Positions 46,713 through 58,876 are shown, counted from the stretch's first letter. The stretch is 64,000 bases of DNA from Desulfosporosinus sp. (GCA_020719775.1 DYPS01000002.1:7837-71836), one strand, 5' to 3'. Made by a program: numbers and translations. The notes: a model not told the origin generated them from the sequence alone.

Positions 46713-49700
46713 TTAGTCTGCTAAAAAATCTTGAATAGATTTTGGATAAAGTGCTGTTTTTGCTTTTTGAGATTTAATAGCCTCAATTGAAGCCATTGCT
46801 CCAGCAACAGTCGTAACATAAGGAACATTCATTCTAAGAACAGTTTTTCTTATAATTGCACCATCTTCTTTACTTGATTCTTTCCCATCACTTGTATTGA
46901 TAGCCATAATAATATCTTTATTCATAAGATTATCTATAATATTTGGTCTTCCTTCACTTACTTTTAAAACTTTCTCACAATTCACACCAGCAGCTGAAAT
47001 AATATCATATGTCCCACCAGTAGCAATAATACTAAATCCAAGAGCAATTAAGTCGGATGCTATATTTGGTGCAAATGATTTATCTAAATTTGCTAAAGAA
47101 ACAAATACTTTTCCACCATTGTCTGGAAGGAGATTTTTTGCGGCACATTGTGCTTTTGCAAATGAACTTCCAAAATCACTACTGATCCCCATAACTTCAC
47201 CAGTTGATTTCATTTCAGGACCAAGGATAAGATCTGCACCACTTAGTTTATTAAAAGGGAAAACCGCTTCTTTTACAGCCACATGCCCTTTTAAAATAGG
47301 TTTTAAAATATTTGAGCTTGTTTTGATATCTACAATTTTTTGATTTTTGTCATATACATTTAAAGCATCCCTTAAAGATTCGCCCCACATTACTCGAGTT
47401 GCAACTTTAGCCAATGGAATTCCTGTTGCTTTACTTACAAACGGAACAGTTCTTGAAGCTCTTGGATTTACCTCAATAAGATAAATTTTCCCTTGATGAA
47501 TAGCATATTGAGTATTCATCAATCCTTTAACACCAAGTTCAAGTGCCATAGTTTTTGTTTTTTCTTCCACCTCTTTCAAAATTGCTTCATCTAAACTTAT
47601 TGGAGGTAAACTACAAGCACTGTCCCCTGAGTGGATTCCAGCTTCTTCAATATGTTGCATGATTCCACCGATATAAACATCTTTCCCATCAGTAATACAA
47701 TCAACATCAAGTTCAATCGCTCTGTCAAGAAACTTATCAACTAAAACAGGTGCATCGTTTGATACACTCACTGCTTCATCCATATAAAGTTTGAGTTCCG
47801 CTTCATTGTATACTATTTTCATCCCTCTTCCACCAAGTACAAATGATGGTCTTACAAGAACTGGGTAACTGATTCTATTTGCAATATCTAATGCTTCGCT
47901 GAGTGTTACTGCTGTTCCGTTATCTGGTTGCAAAAGTCCAGCTTTTTCAACAAAAGTAGAAAATTTCTTTCTATCTTCAGCAAGGTCAATAACTTCAGCA
48001 GTAGTCCCAATAATTTTCCCACCCATATCATGAATAGCATTTGCCAGTTTTAAAGGAGTTTGCCCACCAAAATGGACAATAATCCCGTCTGGTTTTTCAT
48101 GTTCAATAACACTTCGTACATGTTCGAAATCAATAGGTTCAAAATAAAGAACATCACTAGTATCATAGTCCGTACTTACTGTTTCAGGATTACAGTTATA
48201 CATAATAGTTTTGATACCCATTTCAGCTAAAGCAAAAGAAGCATGAACACAACAATAATCAAACTCTATCCCTTGCCCTATTCTATTTGGTCCACCACCA
48301 ATAATAAGTACTTTTGATCTTCCATCACATACAACCTCTTTTTTAGGCAAAACAGTAATATTTGTACTTGAATAAAGATATGGGGTAAGTGCTTTAAATT
48401 CAGCCGCACAAGTATCAACTTCATTGTACTCTAGCTCTATACTAAAAGTTTTTCTTGCACTATAGACTTCATTTTCACTTCCATCAATAAAAGTGCTTAT
48501 CATTTTGTCACTAAAACCAAAAGTTTTCGCAAGTCGTAATTTTTTTGCATCTTTTAAAATAGAAGCACCACTTGCTTTTATCTCATTTTCCATATCACAA
48601 ATTTCTCTTAGTTGAGTGAGGAACCAAGGGTCTATTTTTGATAATTCAAAAATATCTTCATTTGTAAGCCCCTCTCTCATCCCTTGCATAAGATATTGCA
48701 ATCTATCACAATTTGGTCTTCTTATCTCTTTTTTGATAGTTTCCATATCAGCTATAATTGGATTAAAACCATACAATCCAGTTTCCATAGAACACAATGC
48801 TTTTTGGATAGATTCTTTAAAAGTTCTACCCATTGCCATAACTTCACCAACTGATTTCATAGATGTCGTAAGGGTGCTATCAGCTTTAGGGAATTTTTCA
48901 AATGTAAATCGTGGAATTTTTGTAACGATATAGTCAATAACAGGTTCAAATGATGCAGTTGTTCCTGTGATGTCATTTTCTATCTCATCGAGTGTAAATC
49001 CAACCGCAAGGAGAGTTGCCACTTTTGCAATAGGATATCCTGTCGCTTTTGAAGCGAGCGCTGAACTTCTACTTACTCTTGGATTCATCTCAATTACTAT
49101 CATTCTTCCTGTTTCTGGATTAATAGAAAACTGTACATTTGATCCACCTGTATCAACACCTATCTCTCTTAAAATTGCAAATGATGCATTTCTCATATTT
49201 TGGTATTCTTTATCTGTTAAAGTAAGAGCTGGTGCTATTGTGATACTATCTCCTGTATGAACACCCATAGGATCAAAGTTTTCTATACTACACACAATGA
49301 TACAGTTATCTTTCTTATCTCTGATAACCTCCATCTCATACTCTTTCCAACCAAGCATAGATTCCATAATCTCAATCTCGTTAATTGGACTAGCTTCAAT
49401 CCCAGCAGCTGCTAAAACCTTAAACTCCTCCATATTATAAGCAACACCACTTCCCCCACCAGCAAGGGTAAAAGAAGCTCGTGAAATTACAGGAAAACCA
49501 ATCTCTTTTGCTTTCTCCATAGCTTCTTCGACACTATAAGCATTCGCACTTTTAGGTAAATCCATCCCTATTTTTATCATCGCTTCATTAAAAAGGTGTC
49601 TATCTTCCCCTTTTTTGATAGCATCTGGATGGGCACCTAAAAATTCTATCCCTTTAAGCATCCCTTTATCATACATACTTGTAGCAACATTGAGAGCTGT

Positions 49701-49979
49701 TTGCCCTCCCATTGTTGGTAAAATAGCATCTACTTTTTCTATCTCTATAATCTTTGCAATAACATTTTCAGTTATAGGTTCTATATATGTTTTGTCCGCA
49801 AACTCTGGGTCCGTCATGATAGTTGCAGGATTTGAATTGATAAGAATAACTCTATATCCCAATTCTTTTAAAGTTTTAACACTTTGAGTACCGCTATAAT
49901 CAAATTCACAAGCTTGTCCAATCACAATTGGACCAGATCCTATAAGTAAAATTGTTTTTATATCTTCTCTTTTTGGCAT
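46713..49979 (-). CDS. carB: carbamoyl-phosphate synthase large subunit
   Basis: 1088 aa with duplicated ATP-grasp halves ([17 protein letters not shown] / [16 protein letters not shown]) and a C-terminal MGS-like domain. Confidence 0.98.
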   Translation of the reverse strand: MPKREDIKTILLIGSGPIVIGQACEFDYSGTQSVKTLKELGYRVILINSNPATIMTDPEFADKTYIEPITENVIAKIIEIEKVDAILPTMGGQTALNVATSMYDKGMLKGIEFLGAHPDAIKKGEDRHLFNEAMIKIGMDLPKSANAYSVEEAMEKAKEIGFPVISRASFTLAGGGSGVAYNMEEFKVLAAAGIEASPINEIEIMESMLGWKEYEMEVIRDKKDNCIIVCSIENFDPMGVHTGDSITIAPALTLTDKEYQNMRNASFAILREIGVDTGGSNVQFSINPETGRMIVIEMNPRVSRSSALASKATGYPIAKVATLLAVGFTLDEIENDITGTTASFEPVIDYIVTKIPRFTFEKFPKADSTLTTSMKSVGEVMAMGRTFKESIQKALCSMETGLYGFNPIIADMETIKKEIRRPNCDRLQYLMQGMREGLTNEDIFELSKIDPWFLTQLREICDMENEIKASGASILKDAKKLRLAKTFGFSDKMISTFIDGSENEVYSARKTFSIELEYNEVDTCAAEFKALTPYLYSSTNITVLPKKEVVCDGRSKVLIIGGGPNRIGQGIEFDYCCVHASFALAEMGIKTIMYNCNPETVSTDYDTSDVLYFEPIDFEHVRSVIEHEKPDGIIVHFGGQTPLKLANAIHDMGGKIIGTTAEVIDLAEDRKKFSTFVEKAGLLQPDNGTAVTLSEALDIANRISYPVLVRPSFVLGGRGMKIVYNEAELKLYMDEAVSVSNDAPVLVDKFLDRAIELDVDCITDGKDVYIGGIMQHIEEAGIHSGDSACSLPPISLDEAILKEVEEKTKTMALELGVKGLMNTQYAIHQGKIYLIEVNPRASRTVPFVSKATGIPLAKVATRVMWGESLRDALNVYDKNQKIVDIKTSSNILKPILKGHVAVKEAVFPFNKLSGADLILGPEMKSTGEVMGISSDFGSSFAKAQCAAKNLLPDNGGKVFVSLANLDKSFAPNIASDLIALGFSIIATGGTYDIISAAGVNCEKVLKVSEGRPNIIDNLMNKDIIMAINTSDGKESSKEDGAIIRKTVLRMNVPYVTTVAGAMASIEAIKSQKAKTALYPKSIQDFLAD

Positions 49980-50071
49980 TCATTCTCCCTTGACTTTCTA
50001 GTTATTAAAATTTTATTTTTAGTTGAAAAAATTTGGATATTATATAAAAAAGATACTTAAAAATAGATACC

Positions 50072-51280
50072 TTACTCGTTTCTCAATACTTCTAAAACAT
50101 CTATTTTTGTAGATTTTTTCGCTGGATAATAAGATGATAACAAAACGATTGCAAATGAACCAAAAAGAATTAGAGAAAAATCGATTAAACTTAATTCAAT
50201 TGGAAGCTTAGATGTTCCGTACACATCAGCAGGAAGTGAAATAATATCAAAATTTCCAAGTAAATAAATTCCAAAAAAACCAAGTAAAATTCCAAAAAAT
50301 ATCCCAGAAACTCCAATAATCATTCCAAGTTTAAAAAAGATTTGTTTTGTTTCATTTGCACTTGCACCCATTGAGAGAAGTAATGCTATCTCTTTTCTTC
50401 TACTCATAACAGTCATTAAAAGTGAACTAATAATATTCAGTGATGCGATTAAAATAATAAGCATTAAAACTATAAATAAAGCTTTTTTTTCAAGTTCCAT
50501 AGCGCTAAAAAAGTTCCCATTTTGTTGCCACCAGCCAATAACTCCAACTTCAAATTCTGGCAATTCTTGCTTAATTTTTTTGATATCATTCATGGGATCA
50601 AGTGAATAAATATGTATCCCGTCATAAGAACTCTCATCCCTTTGCAGAAGTGTTTGTAGTGCTTCCAAAGATGTAAACATATAAGCATTATCATATGCCG
50701 TAAGTCCTGATCTAAAACTCCCTACATATTGAAATCTTTTCATTTTTGGCATCATACTTACACCATTTGGATTAAGACTGCTAAAAAATATTGTGGCCTT
50801 ATCTCCTTTATAAAGTCCTAGTTGCTCCTCTATTCCAGCCCCTAAAATTAAATCATATTTATCAAAATTTGGATTATTTTGTAAAGCTTCTTTATAAATC
50901 TTATTTATTTTTACCTCTTTTTGTGGATCAACACCAAAAATAAGACCACCCCCCATCATTCCATCTTTTTGAATCATCACTTGAGAACTAAGATAGGGGG
51001 AGAAAAACATATCTGGAAATTTATTTTCTAAATGAATAAGTAGTTTTTTATTTACTGAATCATCTAATTTTGGATAGATGCTCAAAGGATAATTCATAGT
51101 AAAAAGTTTATCCTCAAACTCTTTTGATACACCATTCATAATAGCCATCGCAACTATCAAAACCATCACACCAATCGCCACTCCAAAAAAAGACAGGAGT
51201 GCCGTGATACTGATAAATGGATTTTTATTATCGTATTTTAGATATTTTTTTATTATAAAATTTACAAGATTGTTAGTCAT
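50072..51280 (-). CDS. lipoprotein-releasing ABC transporter permease, LolC/LolE family (FtsX-like)
   Basis: 402 aa with TM1, a large periplasmic domain and three C-terminal TM helices. N-terminal [28 protein letters not shown] is typical of LolC/E. Confidence 0.8.
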   Translation of the reverse strand: MTNNLVNFIIKKYLKYDNKNPFISITALLSFFGVAIGVMVLIVAMAIMNGVSKEFEDKLFTMNYPLSIYPKLDDSVNKKLLIHLENKFPDMFFSPYLSSQVMIQKDGMMGGGLIFGVDPQKEVKINKIYKEALQNNPNFDKYDLILGAGIEEQLGLYKGDKATIFFSSLNPNGVSMMPKMKRFQYVGSFRSGLTAYDNAYMFTSLEALQTLLQRDESSYDGIHIYSLDPMNDIKKIKQELPEFEVGVIGWWQQNGNFFSAMELEKKALFIVLMLIILIASLNIISSLLMTVMSRRKEIALLLSMGASANETKQIFFKLGMIIGVSGIFFGILLGFFGIYLLGNFDIISLPADVYGTSKLPIELSLIDFSLILFGSFAIVLLSSYYPAKKSTKIDVLEVLRNE

Positions 51281-51986
51281 TTATTATTTTAAAAGCCTCT
51301 TCCAAATCCAAAGTTCCCTCATAAAAAGCTTTCCCTACGATAACCCCTGCAATATTTCCATTTGCTTTACAGTTTATGATGTCATTTATATCTTTTACTC
51401 CACCACTTGCGATTGTTTCAACTCCACTAGCCTTTGCAATTTCTTCAGTAAATTCTACATTTACGCCACAAAGCATTCCGTCTTTGCTTATATCTGTACA
51501 AATAATCGCTTCCACTCCAGCATTTGCAAACTCTTTTGCCAAATCTGTAGCTTTCATATTGGAAACTTCAGCCCAACCTTCAACTGCAACCATTCCATTG
51601 AGGGCATCAATCCCAACAGCAATAGGATATCTTGAAGCCATATCTTTGACAAACTGAGGATTTTTGACGGCGATTGAGCCTAAAATAAGCCTATCAACAC
51701 CGAGTTCAAGATACATTTTTATAGTTTCTTCGTCTCGAATTCCGCCACCTAGCTCCATCTTGAGATTACAATTTTCTCTTATTTTTTTAATTTGTTCCAG
51801 ATTCGCAGGAGTTCCAGCAAATGCACCATTAAGATCAACAATATGAATCCACTTACTTCCAAGCTCCTCGAATCGTTTAGCTACTTGCCAAGGTTCATCA
51901 CTATAAATTTTCGCACTCTCCATAAGCCCCTTGCTAAGCCTTACAGCTTTCCCATCTTTTAAATCTATCGCTGGTAATATTTCCAT
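51273..51986 (-). CDS. hisA: 1-(5-phosphoribosyl)-5-[(5-phosphoribosylamino)methylideneamino]imidazole-4-carboxamide isomerase
   Basis: [26 protein letters not shown] and SGGV motifs; 237 aa. Confidence 0.93.
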   Translation of the reverse strand: MEILPAIDLKDGKAVRLSKGLMESAKIYSDEPWQVAKRFEELGSKWIHIVDLNGAFAGTPANLEQIKKIRENCNLKMELGGGIRDEETIKMYLELGVDRLILGSIAVKNPQFVKDMASRYPIAVGIDALNGMVAVEGWAEVSNMKATDLAKEFANAGVEAIICTDISKDGMLCGVNVEFTEEIAKASGVETIASGGVKDINDIINCKANGNIAGVIVGKAFYEGTLDLEEAFKIIND

Positions 51987-52051
51987 TTATCTATTCCTAT
52001 AACTATTAATTGGGCGAATTGTAGCATTGTTTAAATAAGATTGGAATGAGT

Positions 52052-52666
52052 TTAAATTTTAAGTTGCATAAAATTCTTAAGAATTCTTATTCCATTGTCA
52101 TGTGACTTTTCTGGATGCGGTTGTAAACCATAAATATTTTCTTTTTGCACGGCACTTGTAAAGTCATACCCATAATGTGTCGTTCCAATAGTAAAAGCAT
52201 CATCTGTCACCACGTGATAAGAATGAACAAAATACAAATATGGATTTTCCAATCCATTAAATAATTTATTTGATTTATTTAAAATTTTATTCCATCCCAC
52301 ATGAGGGACTTTATGGTTTGCCATATCCATTTTTGTTTTATCAAAAGCTACAACTTTTCCCTCTATAAGTCCAAGTCCTTCATGATATCCAAACTCTTCA
52401 CTGCTTTGAAAAAGAAGTTGCATTCCAAGACAAATTCCAATTATTAATTTACCACTTGTTGCATATTCTTTTAGGGCCTCGTCCATTCCAGTTGTTTTTA
52501 AATGTTCCATAGCATCACCATATGCACCAACACCAGGAAGTATTATTTTATTATATTTTCGAACTTCATTTGGATCACTTACAATTATTGCTTCCTGATC
52601 AATTAAGCTGCATGCATTATAAACAGATGCCAAGTTTCCCATATTATAATCTATTATCGCTACCAA
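52052..52666 (-). CDS. hisH: imidazole glycerol phosphate synthase, glutamine amidotransferase subunit
   Basis: IIDYNMGNLASV, PGVGAYG, GICLGMQ (catalytic Cys) and HSY motifs; 204 aa. Confidence 0.93.
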   Translation of the reverse strand: MVAIIDYNMGNLASVYNACSLIDQEAIIVSDPNEVRKYNKIILPGVGAYGDAMEHLKTTGMDEALKEYATSGKLIIGICLGMQLLFQSSEEFGYHEGLGLIEGKVVAFDKTKMDMANHKVPHVGWNKILNKSNKLFNGLENPYLYFVHSYHVVTDDAFTIGTTHYGYDFTSAVQKENIYGLQPHPEKSHDNGIRILKNFMQLKI

Positions 52667-52791
52667 ATTTTCCCCTTATCTTATCATGTCATATTTTTAT
52701 TTTATATCTTCAGATCTTATAAGCAATACACTTATTTTAAAAAAATCTTATCTATAATATGTTTTATTTTTATAAGGATATCATAGAGGAG

Positions 52792-53364
52792 TTAAAATCT
52801 AGCATCACTTAAAGTGAGAGCGAATAATACTTCACATTCATTTTGCTCCAAACATCGTTTTGCTTCAAGGAGCGTTGAACCAGTCGTAACAATATCATCA
52901 ACCAAGATTACCATTTTTTTCTTTTTTCCAAAGTATTTAAAATTTCTTGGATTATTTTTACGAAATTCTAAACTTTTTCCAGCATATTTGATAATATTTT
53001 GTGCTTTAAGAAGATTGTATTTTGGAACTATATTATGTGACTTCAAATGCTTCGTCAAGATTGCAGTATGGGAAAAGTCATGTCTTACATGATCATCCAC
53101 CCCAATAGCATCAACAATCAAAGGGAATTCAAATTCTTCTCCAAATTTTTTAAAAGCAAGTTTTCCCAAAATATTATAGATTCTATCGCCATAAAATTGA
53201 TATTTTGCATTTAATAACTCCTTGAGTAGATCATATTCATAAAAACTATGAACAAAAAAATCTTTCGAAAGCTCTCTTTTGTTAAAAACTGGGACAAAAT
53301 AATCCCTTTGACATTTTCTACAAATTATTTTCAAAGATATTTTTTCACAAATTATGCATCTCAT
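52792..53364 (-). CDS. ComF family protein (phosphoribosyltransferase domain)
   Basis: N-terminal Cys pairs CIICE...CRKCQ and the C-terminal PRTase motif VILVDDIVTTGST; 190 aa. Confidence 0.75.
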   Translation of the reverse strand: MRCIICEKISLKIICRKCQRDYFVPVFNKRELSKDFFVHSFYEYDLLKELLNAKYQFYGDRIYNILGKLAFKKFGEEFEFPLIVDAIGVDDHVRHDFSHTAILTKHLKSHNIVPKYNLLKAQNIIKYAGKSLEFRKNNPRNFKYFGKKKKMVILVDDIVTTGSTLLEAKRCLEQNECEVLFALTLSDARF

Positions 53365-53425
53365 GAGGAATTATATGATAATTCTATATAATATTGAAAG
53401 TTTTTACAAAAAAAAGGGGGATTAA

Positions 53426-54226
53426 ATGTTGGTTTCTTTAGATGTTGTAATGAATTATGCATTGCAAATAATAATTGGAATAGTGATTTTTTATGTGGGT
53501 CGAAAAATTGCGAGGCTTATGACTGATGTCGTCATTAAAGGACTCAATAAAACACCAAATTTTGACAAAACTTTAGGTAAGTTTTTATCAAGTGTGATTT
53601 ATGGAATTTTACTTGTAGTTGTAGCATTAGCAGCTTTAAGTCAAATGGGAATCCAAACAACCTCTTTTATAGCTCTTCTTGGTGCCATTGGTTTAGCCAT
53701 TGGTTTAGCTTTTAAAGATACTCTTTCAAATATAAGTAGTGGGATAATGATTATCCTGTTTCAACCTATTAAAATAGATGAATTTGTCGAGGTTGCTGGA
53801 GTTGCAGGAATAGTTGAGGAGATAAATATCTTCCATACTTTTATGAAAACGCCAGACAATAAAATGATAATTTTAGGAAATGCAAGCATCATAAATGGAA
53901 ACATCATCAACTACTCAAGAAAAGCGACAAGAAGAGTAGATTTAGTATTTAGCATTAGCTATAATGATAATATAAAACTTGCCAAAGAATCTATTCTAGA
54001 AATTGCAAATGCAGATGCAAGAGTTTTACAAGAACCAGATGTACCATTTGTAGCAGTAAAAGAGCTTGCTGATAGCTCTATTAATTTAGTAGTGAGAATT
54101 TGGGTAAAAAGTGAAGATTATTGGGATGTAAATTTTGACACTATTGAAAATGTGAAACTCAAATTTGATGAAGCAGGTATCACTATTCCATTCCCACAAG
54201 TTGAGATGAATACAAAAGGACATTAG
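53426..54226 (+). CDS. small-conductance mechanosensitive channel (MscS family)
   Basis: 266 aa with three TM helices, a pore-helix motif GAIGLAIGLAFKDTLSN and a beta-domain (IKIDEFVEVAG..G.VEEI). Confidence 0.88.
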   Translation: MLVSLDVVMNYALQIIIGIVIFYVGRKIARLMTDVVIKGLNKTPNFDKTLGKFLSSVIYGILLVVVALAALSQMGIQTTSFIALLGAIGLAIGLAFKDTLSNISSGIMIILFQPIKIDEFVEVAGVAGIVEEINIFHTFMKTPDNKMIILGNASIINGNIINYSRKATRRVDLVFSISYNDNIKLAKESILEIANADARVLQEPDVPFVAVKELADSSINLVVRIWVKSEDYWDVNFDTIENVKLKFDEAGITIPFPQVEMNTKGH

Positions 54227-54654
54227 TCCTTTTCGTAAAGTCTTGACTGATCTTGCAATTCCACATCCACTAAAAATTTACCAGATATAAATTTTCTCCC
54301 TATGAGCATAGGATACTTCATGTCTGCTCTATTTGTAAGAGAAATAATAGTTTTATATTTTTTTCCCATAAATAAAACAGAAAGCTTAACTGATGGTCTT
54401 AGTTCAATTTGTCCATTTGAACTTTTTACTTTCTTGAGTCTATAAAGAGGTAAAATCATCCGCTTACCATGATAAGAAGGATGAATCTCATCAAGAAGAG
54501 TAAAATGAACATGGGATTCATCATCTATAAAAATATCATCACAATGAAGAGCATTTGAATCAGCTCCAGTATCAACTTTAGCATCAAGATTAAAGAGCTC
54601 AAGATCTATAAGCGTAATGAATTCTCTTCTTCCAATAATTCTTTTTTTATTCAT
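54223..54654 (-). CDS. retropepsin-like aspartic peptidase domain protein (PF05618, putative ATP-dependent zinc protease / RimB family)
   Basis: 143 aa. IGRREFITLIDL...AKVDTGADSNALHC (DTGA) and PMLIGRKFISGKFLVDV. There is no signal peptide. It starts 2 nt after the prs stop. Confidence 0.65.
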   Translation of the reverse strand: MNKKRIIGRREFITLIDLELFNLDAKVDTGADSNALHCDDIFIDDESHVHFTLLDEIHPSYHGKRMILPLYRLKKVKSSNGQIELRPSVKLSVLFMGKKYKTIISLTNRADMKYPMLIGRKFISGKFLVDVELQDQSRLYEKD

Positions 54655-54656
54655 TT

Positions 54657-55583
54657 TTAGATAAAAATACTTTGAATAGATTCATTAGTGTAGATTCTAC
54701 CGATTGCTTTTGCAGTAATTTCAGCCGCACTTAGGACAGTTACTTTTGGATGAAACTTTTGAGGAATCGTATCAGTTATAACTAGCTCATCTAGACTACT
54801 ATTTTCTATTCTTTCAAAAGCAGGTCCGCTCAAAACACCGTGTGTACAACATGCCATAACACTTGTCGCACCTCTTGTTTTAAGAGCATCCGCAGCTTTT
54901 GTTAAAGTTCCAGCTGTATCAACCATATCATCAAGAATAATTACATCTCTACCTTCAACATCACCAATAATATTCATAACTTCGCTAACATTTGCTTTTT
55001 CTCTTTTTTTATCTACAATAACAAGGTCGTATCCAAGTTTTTCAGCATAAGTTCTAGCTCTTGCCACTCCACCAACATCCGGAGATGCAATAATTGGATT
55101 AAGAAGATTTTTATTTTTTATATACTCGACAAAAAGTGAAGCACCAACGAGATGATCAACAGGAATATTAAAAAATCCTTGTATTTGTGAAGCATGTAAA
55201 TCTATCGTAATAACTCTTTTTATCCCTGCCGTCTCAAGCATATCAGCTACAAGTTTTGCACTAATTGGAACTCTTGGAGCTGCTTTTCTATCTTGTCTTG
55301 CATATCCAAAATACGGAATAACTGCATTGATAGTCCCTGCACTACTTCTTTTAAGAGCATCTACAATAATAAGAAGCTCCATAAGATTATCATTTGCAGG
55401 AGCACAAGTTGGCTGAATAATAAAGACATCCCTACCCCTTACACTTTCAGTGATATTTACATTAATCTCGCCATCACTAAATCTATTTACTTGTACTACT
55501 GCTAATTCTTTTCCTAAAAAATCAGCTACTTTTTGTGCAAATTCTGGATTTGCTGTTCCGCTTATTAATTTATATCCATCCAT
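54657..55583 (-). CDS. prs: ribose-phosphate pyrophosphokinase
   Basis: FSDGE, YARQDRK and DDMVDTAGT motifs; 308 aa. Confidence 0.95.
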   Translation of the reverse strand: MDGYKLISGTANPEFAQKVADFLGKELAVVQVNRFSDGEINVNITESVRGRDVFIIQPTCAPANDNLMELLIIVDALKRSSAGTINAVIPYFGYARQDRKAAPRVPISAKLVADMLETAGIKRVITIDLHASQIQGFFNIPVDHLVGASLFVEYIKNKNLLNPIIASPDVGGVARARTYAEKLGYDLVIVDKKREKANVSEVMNIIGDVEGRDVIILDDMVDTAGTLTKAADALKTRGATSVMACCTHGVLSGPAFERIENSSLDELVITDTIPQKFHPKVTVLSAAEITAKAIGRIYTNESIQSIFI

Positions 55584-55592
55584 TTTTCTCTC

Positions 55593-56459
55593 CTAATTTC
55601 CTATAACTGTACCGATTCCATCACTTGTAAATATCTCTAAAAGCAATGAATGTTCAACTCTTCCATCTATAATATGAGCCTTTTCAACACCAGCATTTAC
55701 GGCTTCAAGACAAGCATCAACTTTTGGAATCATCCCTCCATGAATTGTATCATCCGCTTTATAATTTTCAATTTGCTCTTTTGTAAGAGTTGAAAGAAGA
55801 TTCTTATCTTTATCTAAAACACCTGTGATATCTGTTAAGAATATCACTTTTCTAGCACCCAAACTTGCAGCTATTTTACTGGCTGCTAAATCCGCATTAA
55901 TATTAAACCCTGGATGATTAATTTCATTTCCGGATGCAATTGGCGCAACAACAGGGATGAATTTTTCCTCCAAAAGATTTTCAATCACACGATTATCGAT
56001 CATATCAATTTCACCAACAAGCCCATATTTTCCATTATCTTTTGGAACAGCAGTCATAAAATTTCCATCTTTTCCTGTGATTCCTATTGCTTTTGAACCG
56101 TGCATATTAAGAAGATTTACAATCTCCTTATTAATATTTCCACAAAGTACCATCTCAACAACTTCCATCACTTGCTCACTAGTTACCCTCATACCATCTA
56201 CAAATTCACTATTGATTTGTAATTTATCTAAGAGTTCATTGATCTTTTTTCCACCACCGTGAACAATAACAGGTTTGATACCAACAAGATGAAGCAATAT
56301 CACATCTTGAGCAAATTTATTTTTTAAATCTGGGTTAATTTGAGCAGAACCACCATATTTAATAACAAATATTTGATTTGCATACTGTTTAATATAAGGA
56401 AGAGCTTCAAGTAAAAGTTTTGCTTGTGCTATTTTTTCTTTCATTTTTCCATCCAACAT
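55593..56459 (-). CDS. argB: acetylglutamate kinase
   Basis: VIKYGGSA, VHGGG and NINADLAA motifs; 288 aa. Confidence 0.93.
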   Translation of the reverse strand: MLDGKMKEKIAQAKLLLEALPYIKQYANQIFVIKYGGSAQINPDLKNKFAQDVILLHLVGIKPVIVHGGGKKINELLDKLQINSEFVDGMRVTSEQVMEVVEMVLCGNINKEIVNLLNMHGSKAIGITGKDGNFMTAVPKDNGKYGLVGEIDMIDNRVIENLLEEKFIPVVAPIASGNEINHPGFNINADLAASKIAASLGARKVIFLTDITGVLDKDKNLLSTLTKEQIENYKADDTIHGGMIPKVDACLEAVNAGVEKAHIIDGRVEHSLLLEIFTSDGIGTVIGN

Positions 56460-56502
56460 TTGATTTTTAAGAACTATTTTTAAAGCATGATTGTATCAAA
56501 AT

Positions 56503-57540
56503 CTAATTTAAAGCTTCTAAAATTTCTCCACTTCCTAAAACTTTATCACCTTCATAAAAAACTGCAAATTGTCCGACAGCAACACCAAAAACTGGTTCTT
56601 GAAGCTCGATAATTGCAATATCTTTTTCGATTTTTATTTTTGCAACCGTTGGATAGCTTCTATATCTAAGTTTCACTTCTGCTTGAAATTCCACATTACC
56701 TATAAACATATTGAGATTAGTCACTACAACTTTTGTGATTTTTAAATCTTCCCTTTTTCCAACTACAATACTATTTGTCTCTTTATTTGTACTTATTACA
56801 AAATGTGGGTCATGTGCTCCATGAACATAAAATCCTTTTCTTTTTCCAATTGTATAATGCATATACCCCTTATGATGACCTACAACTTTTCCATTAATAT
56901 CAAGTGTATTTCCTTGTTCGTCTATATTAGTGTACAATTTTAAAATATCCGTGTAAACAGTATCCACAAAACATATCTCTTGAGATTCTTTTTTTACTGT
57001 AAAGTGACTAAATTCAGGTATCTTTGAAGCTATCTCTTTGATTTCATCTTTGGTATATTTGCTCATTGGAAAAAGCATGTTAGGAAGTTTTTCTTTATCC
57101 ACTTGAGCCAGAAAATAACTTTGATCCTTGGAAATATCATCTGCTGCATAAATAAATTTTCCATCTGTTTTTGCATAATGACCTGTAGCTAGATAATCTC
57201 CATTAAGTCTTTTCATTTCTTCCAATAATACCCCAAACTTGATAGTTTTATTGCATTTTACACAAGGATTTGGAGTGATGCCATTAATATAACTTTGGAC
57301 GAAATATTCGTACACATCCTTTTTAAAATCCTCTGTCAAATCTAAAATATGATATTTAATACCCAAGAAATTGGTAACTTTTTCAATATTTGAGATATTT
57401 TCTTCATGATATCCATCATCTCTTTTGTGAAGTTTCATATAAATACCTTCAACTTCATAACCACTTTTTTGAAGCAAATAAGCACTAACACTGCTATCAA
57501 CACCACCGCTCATACCAATAATTACTTTTTTATTTTTCAT
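56503..57540 (-). CDS. mnmA: tRNA 2-thiouridine(34) synthase
   Basis: PP-loop SGGVDSSVSA, NPCVKCN, ATGHYA and DQSYFL motifs; 345 aa. Confidence 0.95.
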   Translation of the reverse strand: MKNKKVIIGMSGGVDSSVSAYLLQKSGYEVEGIYMKLHKRDDGYHEENISNIEKVTNFLGIKYHILDLTEDFKKDVYEYFVQSYINGITPNPCVKCNKTIKFGVLLEEMKRLNGDYLATGHYAKTDGKFIYAADDISKDQSYFLAQVDKEKLPNMLFPMSKYTKDEIKEIASKIPEFSHFTVKKESQEICFVDTVYTDILKLYTNIDEQGNTLDINGKVVGHHKGYMHYTIGKRKGFYVHGAHDPHFVISTNKETNSIVVGKREDLKITKVVVTNLNMFIGNVEFQAEVKLRYRSYPTVAKIKIEKDIAIIELQEPVFGVAVGQFAVFYEGDKVLGSGEILEALN

Positions 57541-57558
57541 TTTTATTCCAATATTTAC

Positions 57559-58044
57559 TTATTTTACATACATCAAGGGGATCAATACACTATCTCTTTC
57601 TGACCAATTTTTATGTGGAACTATTAGATTTTTAGTTTTAACAACTAAATTCTTATTATTTTTTTTTATAAAAATTATATCAAGATCAAGTGTTCTTGGA
57701 GCATCTTTAAAGCTTCTTTTTCTTCCAAATCTTTTTTCATATCTATTTAAAATCCACAAAAGGTAAGATGGTGGTAGATCTGTTTTAAATTTAATAATCC
57801 CATTTATAAAATCATTTTGTTTTAAATAACCAAAAGGTGGATTTTTAAGAAGAGGTGAAGTTTGTTCTAATGATATTTTTAAATCGAATTTAAAAAAATT
57901 TATAAGAGCATCAAGTCTTTTAAACACATCTCCTATATTTCCCCCTATTCCAAGATAAATTTCATATTTTTTATGACTTGTTTCCAAATAATTAGCTGGA
58001 AAATTTTTTCTAAAATAAAGCGTCAAATCACTATTTCTCATCAT
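57559..58044 (-). CDS. folK: 2-amino-4-hydroxy-6-hydroxymethyldihydropteridine diphosphokinase
   Basis: YLGIGGNIGD, RTLDLDIIF and VPHKNWSERDSVLIPL motifs; 161 aa. Confidence 0.85.
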   Translation of the reverse strand: MMRNSDLTLYFRKNFPANYLETSHKKYEIYLGIGGNIGDVFKRLDALINFFKFDLKISLEQTSPLLKNPPFGYLKQNDFINGIIKFKTDLPPSYLLWILNRYEKRFGRKRSFKDAPRTLDLDIIFIKKNNKNLVVKTKNLIVPHKNWSERDSVLIPLMYVK

Positions 58045-58064
58045 ATAAATGATTTTTTAACTTA

Positions 58065-58805
58065 CTATAATTTACTATAAATTTCTGAAAGTTTTAAATA
58101 GATGATCTCTAGTGAAATATTTTCAGAAGCTTCAAGAACCTCTACCATTACAACATTATCTTCTTTTCCATCCCAATTCTTTTTATAAGTTCCCTCTTTG
58201 TAGCCATGATCTTGTCTGAATTTATTAAGACAATTTTTTCCAATATACATTTTTTGTAGATTTGAGAATGATAGTCCAGCAATTTTACATATTTTAAAAA
58301 ACTGTTCTATAAATATTGCATGAGTAGTATCACTTGCAATCATATTTTCCGTTTGAATTGCCAAAGATATATATGATAGTTTCTCAGATTCTTGAATAAG
58401 CATCTTAATATTAACATCTTCAATTTTTACAGACTCATAAATACAATGAGAATGTGTAAGTGCGACCGCTTTTGGAATATTTGTTTCTTGTAAAATATAA
58501 CTCATTAAAAAATGCCAAATATCTACAAGTTCGATATGAATATTTTCCAAATCAGGATCTGATGATATATTTTTCCAATGTTTCCATGGAGTTGATTCGA
58601 TAAGTTCTCCAACTTCCATATGGATACATCTTAGCCAATCAATCTCTTTATTAAATTTATTTAATCCAAGCTCCCAATTATCTCCATTTGTTTCATCATT
58701 CAATTTTTTTTGAAGCAAAAACATCTCTTTGAGTTTTGATGGAAAAGTTGAAGAATCCTCTAATGACTTAGCTAATAAAAAATGATCTTTTGATATAGAT
58801 TGCAT
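58065..58805 (-). CDS. dut: dimeric (all-alpha) dUTP diphosphatase
   Basis: 246 aa. MFLLQKKLND...W and IHMEVGELIESTPWKHWK...HIELVDIWHF resemble the Campylobacter/trypanosomatid dimeric dUTPase family. Confidence 0.7.
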   Translation of the reverse strand: MQSISKDHFLLAKSLEDSSTFPSKLKEMFLLQKKLNDETNGDNWELGLNKFNKEIDWLRCIHMEVGELIESTPWKHWKNISSDPDLENIHIELVDIWHFLMSYILQETNIPKAVALTHSHCIYESVKIEDVNIKMLIQESEKLSYISLAIQTENMIASDTTHAIFIEQFFKICKIAGLSFSNLQKMYIGKNCLNKFRQDHGYKEGTYKKNWDGKEDNVVMVEVLEASENISLEIIYLKLSEIYSKL

Positions 58806-58876
58806 ATTTCTCTCTTTATTTTTCTTTTAATTTTTATTGTTATCCTAGAATAAAGCTGATGGTATCGAATTTTATC

